This document shows positions 37,360-50,200 of a stretch of 64,000 nucleotides of DNA, in pieces (position 1 is the stretch's first letter; each line of letters opens with the position of its first letter). The position numbers and the translations under genes are program-made. Origin of the DNA: Antedon mediterranea (taxonomy: Eukaryota; Animalia; Echinodermata); assembly GCF_964355755.1 (NCBI RefSeq), contig NC_092676.1, positions 377,788 to 441,787 of the forward strand, read 5' to 3'. The notes beneath the pieces are model-generated. The model was given only the letters and a program-made list of their open reading frames with translations. It did not search any database and had not been told where the DNA came from.

Positions 37360-40300
37360 ATGGCAGACGGCTGGGCAAACTTCCCATCTAATGAGGTAAG
37401 GATACTTATTAGGAAGTGTTACACGTCGACTATGTTTGCAAACGCTCAAAACGTCCAGACAAGGCTAAGCCTACGTACGACAAACATACCGTAATCATCC
37501 GGCCTATCCAGGCAATCCACAGGCGAGAAACACCTTTATGCACTTACTGGAGCTGCTGAGCGAGCGAACTACTAGGGCCTAGCAATGTTGAGCCTAAGCA
37601 AGCTTAGATTGCGTTTAATTATGTATTTACACTAGAATGAAAGGTACCTACACGATACTTTAAAGGTAAATTATTATGTAATGCATTCCATAAACAAGTA
37701 TTTGATTGCTCTTCCCAAACTTTCCTTTTCTTTTTTTGATATCTTTTTTTTTACTGATGATGTCATGTATGTTTTGTATAGGGGAATGAAAATGGGCAAC
37801 AAGAAGAGGATTGGGATGATTTTGGCGGCTTTGAAGGTGCAGAACCAATGCCTGCTGAGTTAGCACAACAAGATGTCCCACATGTAGAAGCTAGCCCTTC
37901 ACCATGGGCTGTTTTCTCAACAGGTAATTCATATTTCAATGCTACAAGAAAACTCACCAGTGTTGAATTAAACAGGATTTTGGAAAGAGCCATGCATGTT
38001 TTGAATGAGCCAATATATGGGGAACCTGACCGTACCATTTTCAAACATAGTGTAATTGTAAATATTTGGAATTTTATTGTTAAAACAGTTTGATTTTTTT
38101 GTAGGAAGTTCAGGTGCTGCTCAACCAGACTTACTCATTGCTCCAGCACAACCTACCTTACCAAAAATGGATCATTCCTTCTTGAATAACTCCTCTCCAG
38201 AAGTAACAGCAATGGGAGGTTCCATTCCATGTCAAGGGGCAGTTGGTGGACCGCCTGAAATTACTATGCAAGCAGAAGCATCCGTGCTACAGGCAGCTGC
38301 AGGTCAGGCAGAAACAGATCGGCAACAGTCGCTTAAAGATATTGATGTTGATCTTGTATTGGATGATAGATTAGATATTATTGTAAGTTTCCATGGGTAT
38401 AATTAATTGAATTGGAAAATACTGTGGCAAAGGATGGGAGGAAATATTTTCTTTTGAGTACTTGGATAAAGTGACTTAGTTGAAAGACTAATATAAACAT
38501 ATATGTTATCTCACCCAAAACTGTATGTGTTTGTAATGTATATGTTTCCATATGTTATGCTATTAAATGTCTATGCAATATTGTAACTTCATTATTTAAA
38601 AACATACAAAACTTTTGTAATTCATCATGATTAACTTGTAAAATTGTAGGTTGTTTTTGAGGTCATCCAAATGTCATAGTGTGTTTATTTTAAAGGGGTC
38701 AAGAAAAGGAAATGCTATTGTGAATGGAGGTGCTTGGAATGATAGTCCTGTGTTTAGAGGTTCCCATGGCAACCAATCACATCCTCACCAAGAGCAAACA
38801 GCTCAGTTATCTAGAAGAGTTGAAAACATGGAGGAACAGTTATCAGTTGTAGATCGTGAGAAAGAGCGATTACAGCAGGTATGTTGTTATTGTCTCAGTT
38901 ATTCTGTGTTATTCAGTTTTATTTCTATAAATAAATATATATAATACATTATATATCATCTATTACTCTTTTATCCCTGCTTTTTTTTGTAGAAACTGCA
39001 CGAAATGTCCACCAAAAATGATAAACTTCAAGAAGAATTATTAAAAGAAAAAAGTGAATTAGAAGAACAACTTAAAAAATATAAAGATTTAGAATGTAAA
39101 CACAAAGGAGATATTGACGAATTGAGAAAAGCTGGACATGATACGCTAGCTATTATGTTAGAAGAGTATAAGGTATTAGCAATGAACATCTCCCTTAGCC
39201 TAAGTACCAACTTAGTTAACAAGCTGGACATGATACGCTAGCTATTATGTTAGAAGAGTATAAGGTATTAGCAATGAACATCTCCCTTAGCCTAAGTACC
39301 AACTTAGTTAACAAGCTGGACATGATACGCTAGCTATTATGTTAGAAGAGTATAAGGTATTAGCAATGAACATCTCCCTTAGCCTAAGTACCAACTTAGT
39401 TAACAAGCTGGACATGATACGCTAGCTATTATGTTAGAAGAGTATAAGGTATTAGCAATGAACATCTCCCTTAGCCTAAGTACCAACTTAGTTAATAAGC
39501 TGGACATGATACGCTAGCTATTATGTTAGAAAAGTATAAGGTATTAGCAATGAACATCTCCCTTAGCCTAAGTACCAACTTAGTTAACAAGCTGGACATG
39601 ATACGCTAGCTATTATGTTAGAAGAGTATAAGGTATTAGCAATGAACATCTCCCTTAGCCTAAGTACCAACTTAGTTAACAAGCTGGACATGATACGCTA
39701 GCTATTATGTTAGAAGAGTATAAGGTATTAGCAATGAACATCTCCCTTAGCCTAAGTACCAACTTAGTTAACAAGCTGGACATGATACGCTAGCTATTAT
39801 GTTAGAAGAGTATAAGGTATTAGCAATGAACATCTCCCTTAGCCTAAGTACCAACTTAGTTAATAAGCTGGACATGATACGCTAGCTATTATGTTAGAAG
39901 AGTATAAGGTATTAGCAATGAACATCTCCCTTAGCCTAAGTACCAACTTAGTTAACAAGCTGGACATGATACGCTAGCTATTATGTTAGAAGAGTATAAG
40001 GTATTAGCAATGAACATCTCCCTTAGCCTAAGTACCAACTTAGTTAACAAGCTGGACATGATACGCTAGCTATTATGTTAAAAGAGTATAAGGTATTAGC
40101 AATGAACATCTCCCTTAGCCTAAGTACCAACTTAGTTAACAAGCTGGACATGATACGCTAGCTATTATGTTAGAAGAGTATAAGGTATTAGCAATGAACA
40201 TCTCCCTTAGCCTAAGTACCAACTTAGTTAACAAGCTGGACATGATACGCTAGCTATTATGTTAGAAGAGTATAAGGTATTAGCAATGAACATCTCCCTT

Positions 40301-42805
40301 AGCCTAAGTACCAACTTAGTTAACAAGCTGGACATGATACGCTAGCTATTATGTTAGAAGAGTATAAGGTATTAGCAATGAACATCTCCCTTAGCCTAAG
40401 TACCAACTTAGTTAACAAGGTGGACATGATACGCTAGCTATTATGTTAGAAGAGTATAAGGTATTAGCAATGAACATCTTCCTTAGCCTAAGTACCAACT
40501 TAGTTAACAAGGTGGACATGATACGCTAGCTATTATGTTAGAAGAGTATAAGGTATTAGCAATGAACATCTTCCTTAGCCTAAGTACCAACTTAGTTAAC
40601 AAGCACCACCTTAGTTAAATAAGCACCAAATCAGTTGAATAAGTACCAATTTAAGTGAATCAGCACCAACTTAGTTGAATAAGTACCAACTTAGTTAAAT
40701 AAGCACCAACTGACTTGGATTTGAAATAAGTCTGTTCTGTTTTTAGTTGGATAAGTACCAACTCAGTTGAATAAGTACCAACTTAGGTGAATAGGTACCA
40801 ATTTAGTTGAATAGGTACCAATTTAGTTGAATAAGTACCAACTTTACTTGTTTTTTAAATAAGTGTTCTGTTTTTTAGGGATTGTGTAAATGCGCTATTT
40901 TAGAGCAACAGGAAGCAAATGAACAAAGATTAAAAGATGCACTTACAAGAGAATCAGATAAATGCCAGGCCTTAATGTTGTCACAGGTTTGTTTATAATT
41001 ATGGTTTCTACAGGACTTTTGTTGGTATACTGTAATAAACAGTTTCTCTATTTAAACAAGCATCATTTTAAAAACTTAACTGTAAGCATTAATATCTTAT
41101 GTATAGCCTTTTTAATATTACTTATTCAGGTGTAAGGCCTCATTCCTATATTTGGAATGATTACACCAAACACCATTTTGTATTATGACCCATAACCCAT
41201 GTTGTGTTGAAGTTGGTGTTCTTGCATTGTTTTATTCTGGTCTTTGTTTTTTTCAGCATGAGAAGCTAATTGGTCTACTAGAAGAAGAAAAGAAATCAAA
41301 TGAAGAACAAATGAATTGCGCAATAGCTGAACTAACAAAAAAACATGAACAAGAAATTGAAAATGTTATAATTTCTCAACAGCAAAAAGCAGAAGAAAAA
41401 AACAAAAAAGCAGTAGAGGTAAATATACATTTAGTAAGAATTGTTGCATACTGTATAACATATATATTAACATGGAATCACCTTTTGGGAGCATTTGTAA
41501 TAATCATATAATGGTTTATTTTAAGGTTATGGAACAGACCCACAAAGAGTCAATGGAAAAATTACTTAAAGAACAACAAGAGAAAGCGAAGGGAGCTTTA
41601 GAGAATGAAAGAAAAATAGTTTTAGAAATGATTGAAAAGGAAAGAACAAAAAGTAAAGAAGCGTTGAGTAAAGCATTGAAAGAGGAAACAGACAAGGCAA
41701 AGGTAGGATGCTGATGCTTTATATAATGTTTGTTGTTTGTTTTAACCCTTTCACTGTGAATGTCATAATTTGTGGCTTATGATGCTTGGCTACCAATCTA
41801 AGGGTCATGGGTTCAAGTCCTGTCATATGTCAGGATTTTTCTAATAACAATTTACAACTCCACTCCCAAAGACTTGTAATAAGACTTTGTTTATGTAGAG
41901 CATCTTGTGTATATGTTTGTCTTGTGAACAGGATTACCACCTTTAAAAAAAAAGGATAGTGAATGAATTTGCTTATTGTTATCCGTGGCAATTTGCCTAA
42001 ATATATATAAAACAAAATATTAAAAGATACATAATTAATAAGGTTTTATTTTTGATTGAGGTTGCAATAAAAGAAGCACTTTGTGAAGAGAGGAAGACGC
42101 AAGAAGAAGCCAATAAATATGCCGCAGACAAAACAAAGTCACTGATAATGGAACATCTAAAAGAACAAAAGAATGTTAGTGTGTTATAAATTATTACATT
42201 ATCATTGTATTTATTATTACATTCATCATCTCAGACATTATTTTGGACTGATGTTTATACATTTATACTTGTTATTCTGTCATAAATTATTTTCAAAATT
42301 AGTAGTACAGTCAACTCTCCCAATACCGGACACCTTTGGGCTGGCCAAATATGTCTGGTTTTTAATGGTAAAATTGAATTTGGGACTGTTTGGACTTCAA
42401 GAAAAGTCTGGTATGGAGAGTTTCCAGTTTCATCATCAAGTCTGATATTGGGAGAGTTTCCAGTTTCATCATCTAGTCTGATATTGGGAGAGTTTCCAGT
42501 TTCATCATCAAGTCTGATATTGGGAGAGTTTCCAGTTTCATCATCAAGTCTGATATTGGGAGAGTTTCCAGTTTCATCATCAAGTCTGATATTGGGAGAG
42601 TTGACTGTAGTAGGTATGTTGCTATTCTTTGTCTGCATTTTCAATTTATAATTTAGTTTTGTGTGTTTGTCTTTATCAGGCTGACAGTGCTGTCCGTCAA
42701 CGATCACTTGCAAGCATCGATTTATTCCTAGAGGGCGCTAAACAACAATTACATATATTGTTAGACACTCCTGTAAAGTCTTCCAAAGATGGTGTTGATA
42801 GCTGA
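37360..42805 (+). CDS. CCDC91: Coiled-coil domain-containing protein 91 (p56, GGA-binding partner), 10 coding exons
   Basis: Exons 37360-37395, 37782-37923, 38105-38382, 38696-38878, 38993-39172, 40879-40986, 41257-41418, 41526-41702, 42061-42174, 42680-42805. N-terminal DDFGGFE GAE-binding motif, long coiled coil, LRKAGHDTLAIMLEEYK and C-terminal RQRSLASIDLFLEGAKQQL match CCDC91. Confidence 0.88.
39129..40600 (+). repeat. 92-bp tandem repeat, 16 copies, spanning a CCDC91 exon/intron donor junction
   Basis: Unit AAGCTGGACATGATACGCTAGCTATTATGTTAGAAGAGTATAAG|GTATTAGCAATGAACATCTCCCTTAGCCTAAGTACCAACTTAGTTAAC; 39129 + 16x92 = 40601. Confidence 0.97.
40601..40845. repeat. Degenerate about 20-bp tandem repeat (TTAGTTGAATAAGTACCAAC)
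   Basis: About 10 imperfect copies; one copy is embedded in the 92-bp unit upstream. Confidence 0.8.
41772..41820 (+). mobile_element. Degenerate tRNA-derived SINE head
   Basis: GTGGCTTATGATGCTTGGCTACCAATCTAAGGGTCATGGGTTCAAGTCC contains a B-box (GGTTCAAGTCC) and resembles 2181-2230; no full cloverleaf. Confidence 0.45.
42308..42607. mobile_element. MITE family A copy with 5 tandem 36-bp subterminal repeats
   Basis: TA|CAGTCAACTCTCCCAATA ... TATTGGGAGAGTTGACTG|TA; unit GGAGAGTTTCCAGTTTCATCATCAAGTCTGATATTG x5 from 42415. Confidence 0.88.
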
Positions 42806-44583
42806 TGATGTGGTATGTCCTTGTTGTCCATAACAAATGTAACAATTTTAATACAAAATTATTTGAATAGAAATACTGTAGCGTTGTTAATGTCAAACTT
42901 GTAAGAATAATGATTAAATATGGTTAAAATACAGCAGTACATTAATGTACAGCACATGAATGTCGTATTAGGAAAAGATACATAATGGTCACATATTATT
43001 TATGAGATTGTTTAGATCATCAAAGTGGAATAGAGCTCACTTACATGATATAAAGCATCATATTGTTTTTACAATTGTCTACTTACGCACAAATAATAAA
43101 TAAGAGGTCTTTAGATCAATAAGTCTCATCCATTTGTAAGTTTTTTTGAACCTCTATAACCTCTGTAACTGCTAAGTTTACAAACTCATCTTTTAACTTT
43201 TAACATTTTTCTTAATTTCTGGTATTTTATTTTTAATGTTAAAGATATTCAGGCTTTTAGTATAATGTGCTAATAAGCCTGAAATATTATTATTAAATAG
43301 TAAATATAATATTTTACCAACATTACTTATTTATTTTTTAAAATGTTATTTAGTAATAACTTTTGTATTGATTAATTTATTAGTTTATATTAATCACTTT
43401 GAACGATTTAGTGATATAGCAGTTATTATAGGCAACACAATAAACCACCATTGCAGAAATCAATCATGTACAAATTAGTGGGTCAAAAATTATGTAAACC
43501 TTGAAACTATCTAATTAAAGACCAATTTTATTATTTATATATTTAATATTTATGATCCATGAAAATTTGTGAAAAACAAATTAATGTAATTGCAATGTAA
43601 GTAATACTACTGAAGATTTAAAAATTGATTGCCTTGATAATAATATACAAGATAATTACTATGTATTACTGTATTTATAGGTTGTGTTATCTTTACATGG
43701 AAACACAATACTGTACATGTAACATAATTAATTTGATTTATTTATTTGAATTTTTTTCAAATCTTGCTCTTTACAACAACTAACATCCTTGCATTAAATA
43801 TTAATTATTGTACCATCTGAACATGTTGTTTATTTTGCAAATAAAATATTTTATTTCAAAATGCTGTAGTTCTATTTAGTTTTATGTTTCTGATCATAAA
43901 GAGTAATAATTCCGTATTATTACGTATTTTTTAAGGATTTGCCATTCCATAGACACACTTGTGCGTCCCATATCAATTCACCCCCTAAGTTTCTTGAAAA
44001 ATGTTTCAACAGTTATAGTCTCGCGTGGCCCAGTCTGCAATTAATTTCTATTACTTTTCTGACGAAAAAAGTGATTGAAATTAAATAATATTGACCTTTT
44101 CAGTGAAGAAAATCAGCATAACAATACATTATACGGTTTTCTAAAATACTATAATTTTTAAGAAATTTTATTTGGTAAAAAGGGACATTATTTACAACTG
44201 ATTTTGGATCAAACATGTAAAAAATCCAATTTGGTATGCTGAATTCAACTCGGCTTTGCAGTAAGTAGCTAGTATGCTTTCTTTCCACCATCACACCTTG
44301 ACGATCCCCACCGGCAGTAGTCCTGCTGCAACGATTTGTTTTTAGGTAAACTAATACAATAGGTAATTTTCAAAATATTATATTGTTTGTAATTATAAAG
44401 TGTATGTATATAGTCTAGTGATTCCATCTTCTAATCATTTTAAAGCCTGGAACTTGAATGACAAAAGAACATGTGGAAAGCAGGCCCTCTAGTCTAGCCT
44501 AACTAGCTAGGCTAGGCTATGTATTTTATGGTCTAGCTAGGACGGCCAGGCGTTGAGTTAGAGATAGGTAGGTAGGGACTTTA

Positions 44584-46408
44584 TAGTCTAGGACCTGTGT
44601 CAGATTTGTATGCATTTAATTTAGGAGAGAATATCTCAACTGTTATAAGATAATTTGACCCCAACGAACAACATAGAATGTGTGCCAAATTCGCTATCCG
44701 GGACGAACATGCCCAAAATCGGGGTCAAAGGTTAAAAATGTGTGGTTCTTATATCTCGACAACCACTTGTCGTACAGATTTGCTTTTGGTGTCACATTGT
44801 TCAGAATATACATATTTATATTCGGTCTAACATAACTTTTAGCGAAAAAATGACCGGAAATGCTTTTACAGACCTTTGACCCAAAATGACCCAAAAACAC
44901 ATTTTCAGGTTAAATTATTCTTTAAAATGCCAATGGACAAACTGTATGGTATTAAATGAAAGCATACACAATATGCTACGCATTGCTACCCAATTAGTAT
45001 TGACAATTTTTAATTATGAATCTAATTGTATGGAAAATGTGCATATTTTGATTATTTTTATACAAAAAATGAATATTTTGTAGTGTAATTGTTATGTTTA
45101 CTATTTTGTATCAAATGAAAGCCCATAAAATATTCTATCCATTGCTACCCAACTTGTATTAAAAATCTGTAATTATGATGCTAATTTTGTTAAAAATGTG
45201 CATATTTTATAATTTTGTTACTAAAATGAGTATATTAAATAGTGTAAATTTATTTTGGTTTGTTTATAATAATTAATATTAAATAATTCAAGTGACCTTT
45301 GAATTATTCTTTAAAATTCCAATGGACAAACTGTATGGTATCAAAGGAAAGCATACACAATATGCTACCCATTGCTACCCAACTTGTATTGAAAATGTTT
45401 AATTATGAAGCTAATTGTATGGAAAATAGGTAGCATATTGTGTATTATTTTTTGTCATTTTTGGGTAAAAGCATTTCTGGTCATTTTTTCGCTAAAAGTT
45501 GTGTTAGACCGAATATAAATATGTATATTCTGAACAATTTGACACCAAAAGAACTCTTGAATTATTTAATATTATAAATAAACCAGAATAAATTTACACT
45601 ATTTAATATACTCATTTTAGTAAAAAAAAAAAAAAAATATGCACATTTTTTACAAAATTAGCATCATAATTACAGATTTTTTATACAAGTTGGGTAGTAA
45701 TGGATAGAATATTTTATGGGCTTTCATTTGATACCAAATAGTTTTTCCAAACACTTAAATTATTTAATATTATATAAATAAACATAACAATTACGCTATA
45801 AAATATTCATTTTTTGTATAAAAATAATCAAAATATGCACATTTTCCATACAATTAGATTCATAATTAAAAATTGTCAATACTAGTTGGGTAGCAATTCG
45901 TAGCATATTGTGTATGCTTTCATTTAATACCATACAGTTTGTCCATTGGCATTTTAAAGAATAATTTAACCTGAAAATGTGTTTTTGGGTCATTTTTTCG
46001 CTAAAAGTTATGTTAGACCGAATATAAATATGTATATTCTGAACAATGTGACACCAAAAGCAAATCTGTACGACAAGTGGTTTTCGAGATATAAGAACCA
46101 CACATTTTTAACCCGAAAATGTGTTTTTTGGTCATTTTTGGGTCAAAGGTCAGTAAAAGCATTTCCGATCATTTTTTCGCTAAAAGTTGTGTTAGACTGA
46201 ATATAAATATGTATATTCTGAACAATTTGACACCAAAGGTAAAGAACCACACATTTTCAACCTTTGACCCCGATTTTGGGCATGTTCGTCCCGGATAGCG
46301 AATTTGGCACACATTTCATGTTGTTCGTTGGGGTCAAATTATCCTATAACAGTTGAGACATTCTCTCCTAAATTAAATGCATACAAATCTGACCCAGGTC
46401 CTAGACTA
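44584..46408. mobile_element. 1.8-kb non-autonomous fold-back DNA transposon (TAG...CTA termini, TTA TSD; Academ-like)
   Basis: TTA at 44581-44583 and 46409-46411; TIR TAGTCTAGGACCTG(T/G)GTCAGATTTGTATGCATTTAATTTAGGAGAG... longer than 150 bp; internal inverted blocks give mirrored ORFs (44886+/45796-, 44694-/45979+); no transposase. Confidence 0.85.
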
Positions 46409-47248
46409 TTAGGAAATATTAGTTAGGGCGGCGATGCTGTAAGTTGTATTAGCCTAGCATGATATAAGTCAGCAGGGCCTATATCGAATATTCATACTGA
46501 ACATTTGCTTGGTATTTATTCGGACCAGTAGTACCTAGTAGTAGGCCTAGCCTAGTAGCCTTTGAATTCCTTATTTAGACACTCACTATTTTACTGCCTA
46601 GCCTAACTAGGCCGGTGTCTGATCATTTCGGCCGTCGGTTATGGAACGGCCAAATTTATGAAACGCCAAAAAGGATAAAATATGTACTGTTCATTTTGGC
46701 CGCCATAATTCTAAATATTGTACAATATGTATGACAAATGTTCATTCTATACTACTACAGTAGTTTTATGCCATTTAAATTTTTTTTTTGGTAAAAAATG
46801 TAATCCATAATTGTGGAAATTAGTTTTAGTCATAATCGTTGACCCCCCTATATATGGTCGATGACAAGACTTGGGTTGCATGAACTTGGTATACACCACA
46901 AAATTTGCACAACTTAGAAATTCATATAAAAGATAAGCCTACTTGTTTAGCGCATAGTAACTGTTTTGGCCCGCCTTTGTTTTTTAAAAACAAATATTTT
47001 ATGATGAAATGCGCCCGACGACAATGACAAGAAAAAATCACAGGTCATGCGCGGTTATTGTTCCAGATATCATTGTCCATTTTATAGATTTAAAGATTAA
47101 ATTGATTTTACTCATGTTATTTAGGGGCCTGGCAGTTTATTAGGTAAGGATTGTCACTCTTTTTTTCAAATATACCATGTTTCAGTATTTTAAATATTTG
47201 TTATCATTTTACTCTTTTAATTCTCATAGAAACCAAAGAAAGAAAACA

Positions 47249-50200
47249 ATGAACAGAAGAAAAAAAAACAGAGAATCTGACGATTCATTGAACTATGAAT
47301 CTGAAAGCAGACAAAGATTTGAAGATTCTGATGATCGAACCAGTCATTTCTCAAGTTTACAAACTCACGTCTATGATGATGGAACCAATACATATTTTTG
47401 GTAAACTGTTTTATAAAAAATCGACACTCTTCTCTCATCTTCCCTTTAAAGGACATACTACTCGTTTTCTTCACTCTACTCTACCTCACTCACTGTCACT
47501 CGCTCAATCTCTTCATCTTAACGCGTCTTCCTCTTCTGTGCTTGACATTAAAACTGCCCTTAAAGCCTGTCAGTCGACACTATTATCGTTAAAAGTTCAA
47601 CGACGATCGTTTGAAAACGATCAAGTTGAAATGATAACGATAGCGCGAACATTTGATTTCTAGCGTTGAACGTTAGAGTTGAAAACTCATGTCTTCTCTC
47701 TCGAAGTCGTCGTAACGCGAAAAAATGAATAGAGGATTCCGCTGCCTCTACTAGAGGAGGCTCACAGTGTAGGAGATGTGGGCCTAGGCATACTAATATC
47801 TCTATACTGATGGTTCTTTGTTTTCAGTAGGCCTATCCTAGCCCAAATAGCATTTTGGACTTAGGCAGAATACTTAGACCTACCTAATATCCCTACGCCT
47901 ACTTTCTGGAACATCATTTTATAGTCACTTTGGCAAGGCCAGGCCTAGCTTTGACCGCGCCGCGATGCAACAAATATAAATGTAGTAAGCAGAATTTTCC
48001 ATCAATTACGTGACGTCATGTGCTGTATTGCGAAGATGATTGGTCAGTTCTTACGTTTTAGCGTTGCGATATCGCTAGATTTGAACTGGATTCAACTCTT
48101 GCGATTGTCACCGATTGCGAATTGTAGCGTCGATTATTACACCTTTTCCTGTAAGTCGCCGACGTTTTGTATCATCGCCGTTAGTTAAAAAAGTACCTTT
48201 TCCTGTAAATCGTTAACATTTCAATGTTTACGTAGGAGATCGCCGATTATTGTTAACGATAGCGTCGAATAACGTCAACAGGAAAACAGGCTTAAGATGT
48301 AACCTATAATTTCTTACACTTTTATTAATTATTATAATAACAATAATTACAATAATTAAAAATAATAATAATTACTACAGTAGTAATGACTCTAATTTTT
48401 ATGTGTTTAAATTAAACACATAAAAATTTAAATTTTAAATGTAAATATGTATAATTATGTTTGTATGATGTAGTATGTTTTAGCGGATTTTAGCCCTTGA
48501 TGGCATTTGCAGCAATAAAGAAATTGAATTGAATTAATGCGAGAACCACTTCCATATTGACCATTGGTTGTTAAAAAGATTATAGCAAAATACAAGCATA
48601 TGATGAAGCTATGCTGAAATGTTTTTTATTATTCTGACTGGACACTAACCAGTAAAGTAATTCTTAATTCCATGGGCTCAAAAGTATCAAAATCTCATCA
48701 ATCTTAAATTTAGAACTCTGGTGATCTAAAAAGTGTTATGCAGATCAATAATTATGTATATATCTTCGGCAAATAGAGGTTAATGATAATATTTCTTGAA
48801 AATTTTTGTGTAATCTTGAATTATTTGTGTTTTTTTTCTCAACATACAGGCGTGCACATTCTATTACAGTGTTGTGTTTGATGATAATATCCCTAGTGTA
48901 TGTAGCCTTAGTAGAAACAGACACTGGCAATGACACCAATTTTCATGTCAAAAGGTAACCAAGGTCGACTGTTTATTTCAAAATTTAAAAACTTCAAGAA
49001 TATTTGTTTTTAATACATGAGGGAGAAAGATTCCAGCATAGTCTATTGTAGAACATCCCTTCTATTAATACATGAGGGAGAAAGATTCCAGCATAGTCTA
49101 TTGTAGAACATCCCTTCTATTAATACATGAGGGAGAAAGATTCCAGCATAGTCTATTGTAGAACATCCCTTCTATTAATACATGAGGGAGAAAGATTCCA
49201 GCATAGTCTATTGTAGAACATCCCTTCTATTGGGGACAATTTATAGTTTATTCCTCACTTTTTTATTATTTCTTCCTCACATTTTTGAAGATTCCTTAGT
49301 CAGTAGCTTTCCCTTCCTACTCTTTTTAAAGATAACATGATCATCTTATTAAAGTTATCAAACTAAAATAAATGCATTTTATTTCAGAGGCATTGTAGCA
49401 TGTGTCGTCATATTTTGTTTGTGGGGTATGACTCAAGCCAAAGATGGTCCCTTCCAACGCCCTCATCCTGCTGTCTGGAGACTTGTCTTGTGTCTATGTG
49501 TTGTTTATGAGCTGCTTTTGGTCTTTATACTTTTTCAGGTGAGTAGTGTTTGTATAGTTGTTTTGCCCTGTGTTTGCTTGGCCCTCAAAGCTGTGACATT
49601 GCATTCTTTTGTATTTTATTTAAAATAAATTTTATATATCGATGAAATCAAAATGCTATTATTGTTAACTGAAGGTAATGATTGGTTTGCAAGAATATAG
49701 AAATAAGATTGTTTGATAAACTGTATTTTGTTTTGATCTCAAAGAACATTGTTTATTCTCAAATCAAATCTGTTTTTTACAGACAATTGATGATGCAAGA
49801 AAATTTGTAGGATATTTAGACCCAGAGCTTGGTAAACCTCTAAAAGAACAAACATATGCAGAAGATTGCAGGCTGTATGTACCAGGTCATCCTGATGGAC
49901 CTTTCGCTAATTTCTGGGTTTGTCTTGGTTTTTTTTTATTGTAAATTTAGACATATTGCCAGCCAAGTATAATCTATCATTCACTGTCCTCCAAAAGTGC
50001 CAACTCTGATCACAGAATAAACATACATAATTGTAAACAAAAGTCCCCTTTGATATAATCTTTCCCAAAATTTTTAATTTAGTCAAAAAATCTTTGAAAA
50101 AAGTTGGTTAATTTGTGACACAAAGAAAAACTCTTCTATGTTTTATTTTTCAGATTAAAATGGATTTTTTTGTCTTCAGTCATTTGTTTGGATGGTTTGT

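Noticed and set aside
41772-41820. Possible tRNA gene
   Set aside because: Only a B-box and partial arms; no acceptor stem or full cloverleaf; better explained as a SINE head.
42255-42713. 152-aa minus-strand ORF with NSPNIRLDDETG repeats
   Set aside because: Translation of the 36-bp repeat inside a MITE, antisense to a CCDC91 intron.
44694-46200. Duplicated ORFs on opposite strands
   Set aside because: Mirror images from the palindromic element; no transposase or other domain motifs.
47295-47663. 122-aa ORF overlapping the first PTDSS2 coding exon and intron
   Set aside because: Alternative-frame read-through into the intron, low complexity, no recognisable domain.
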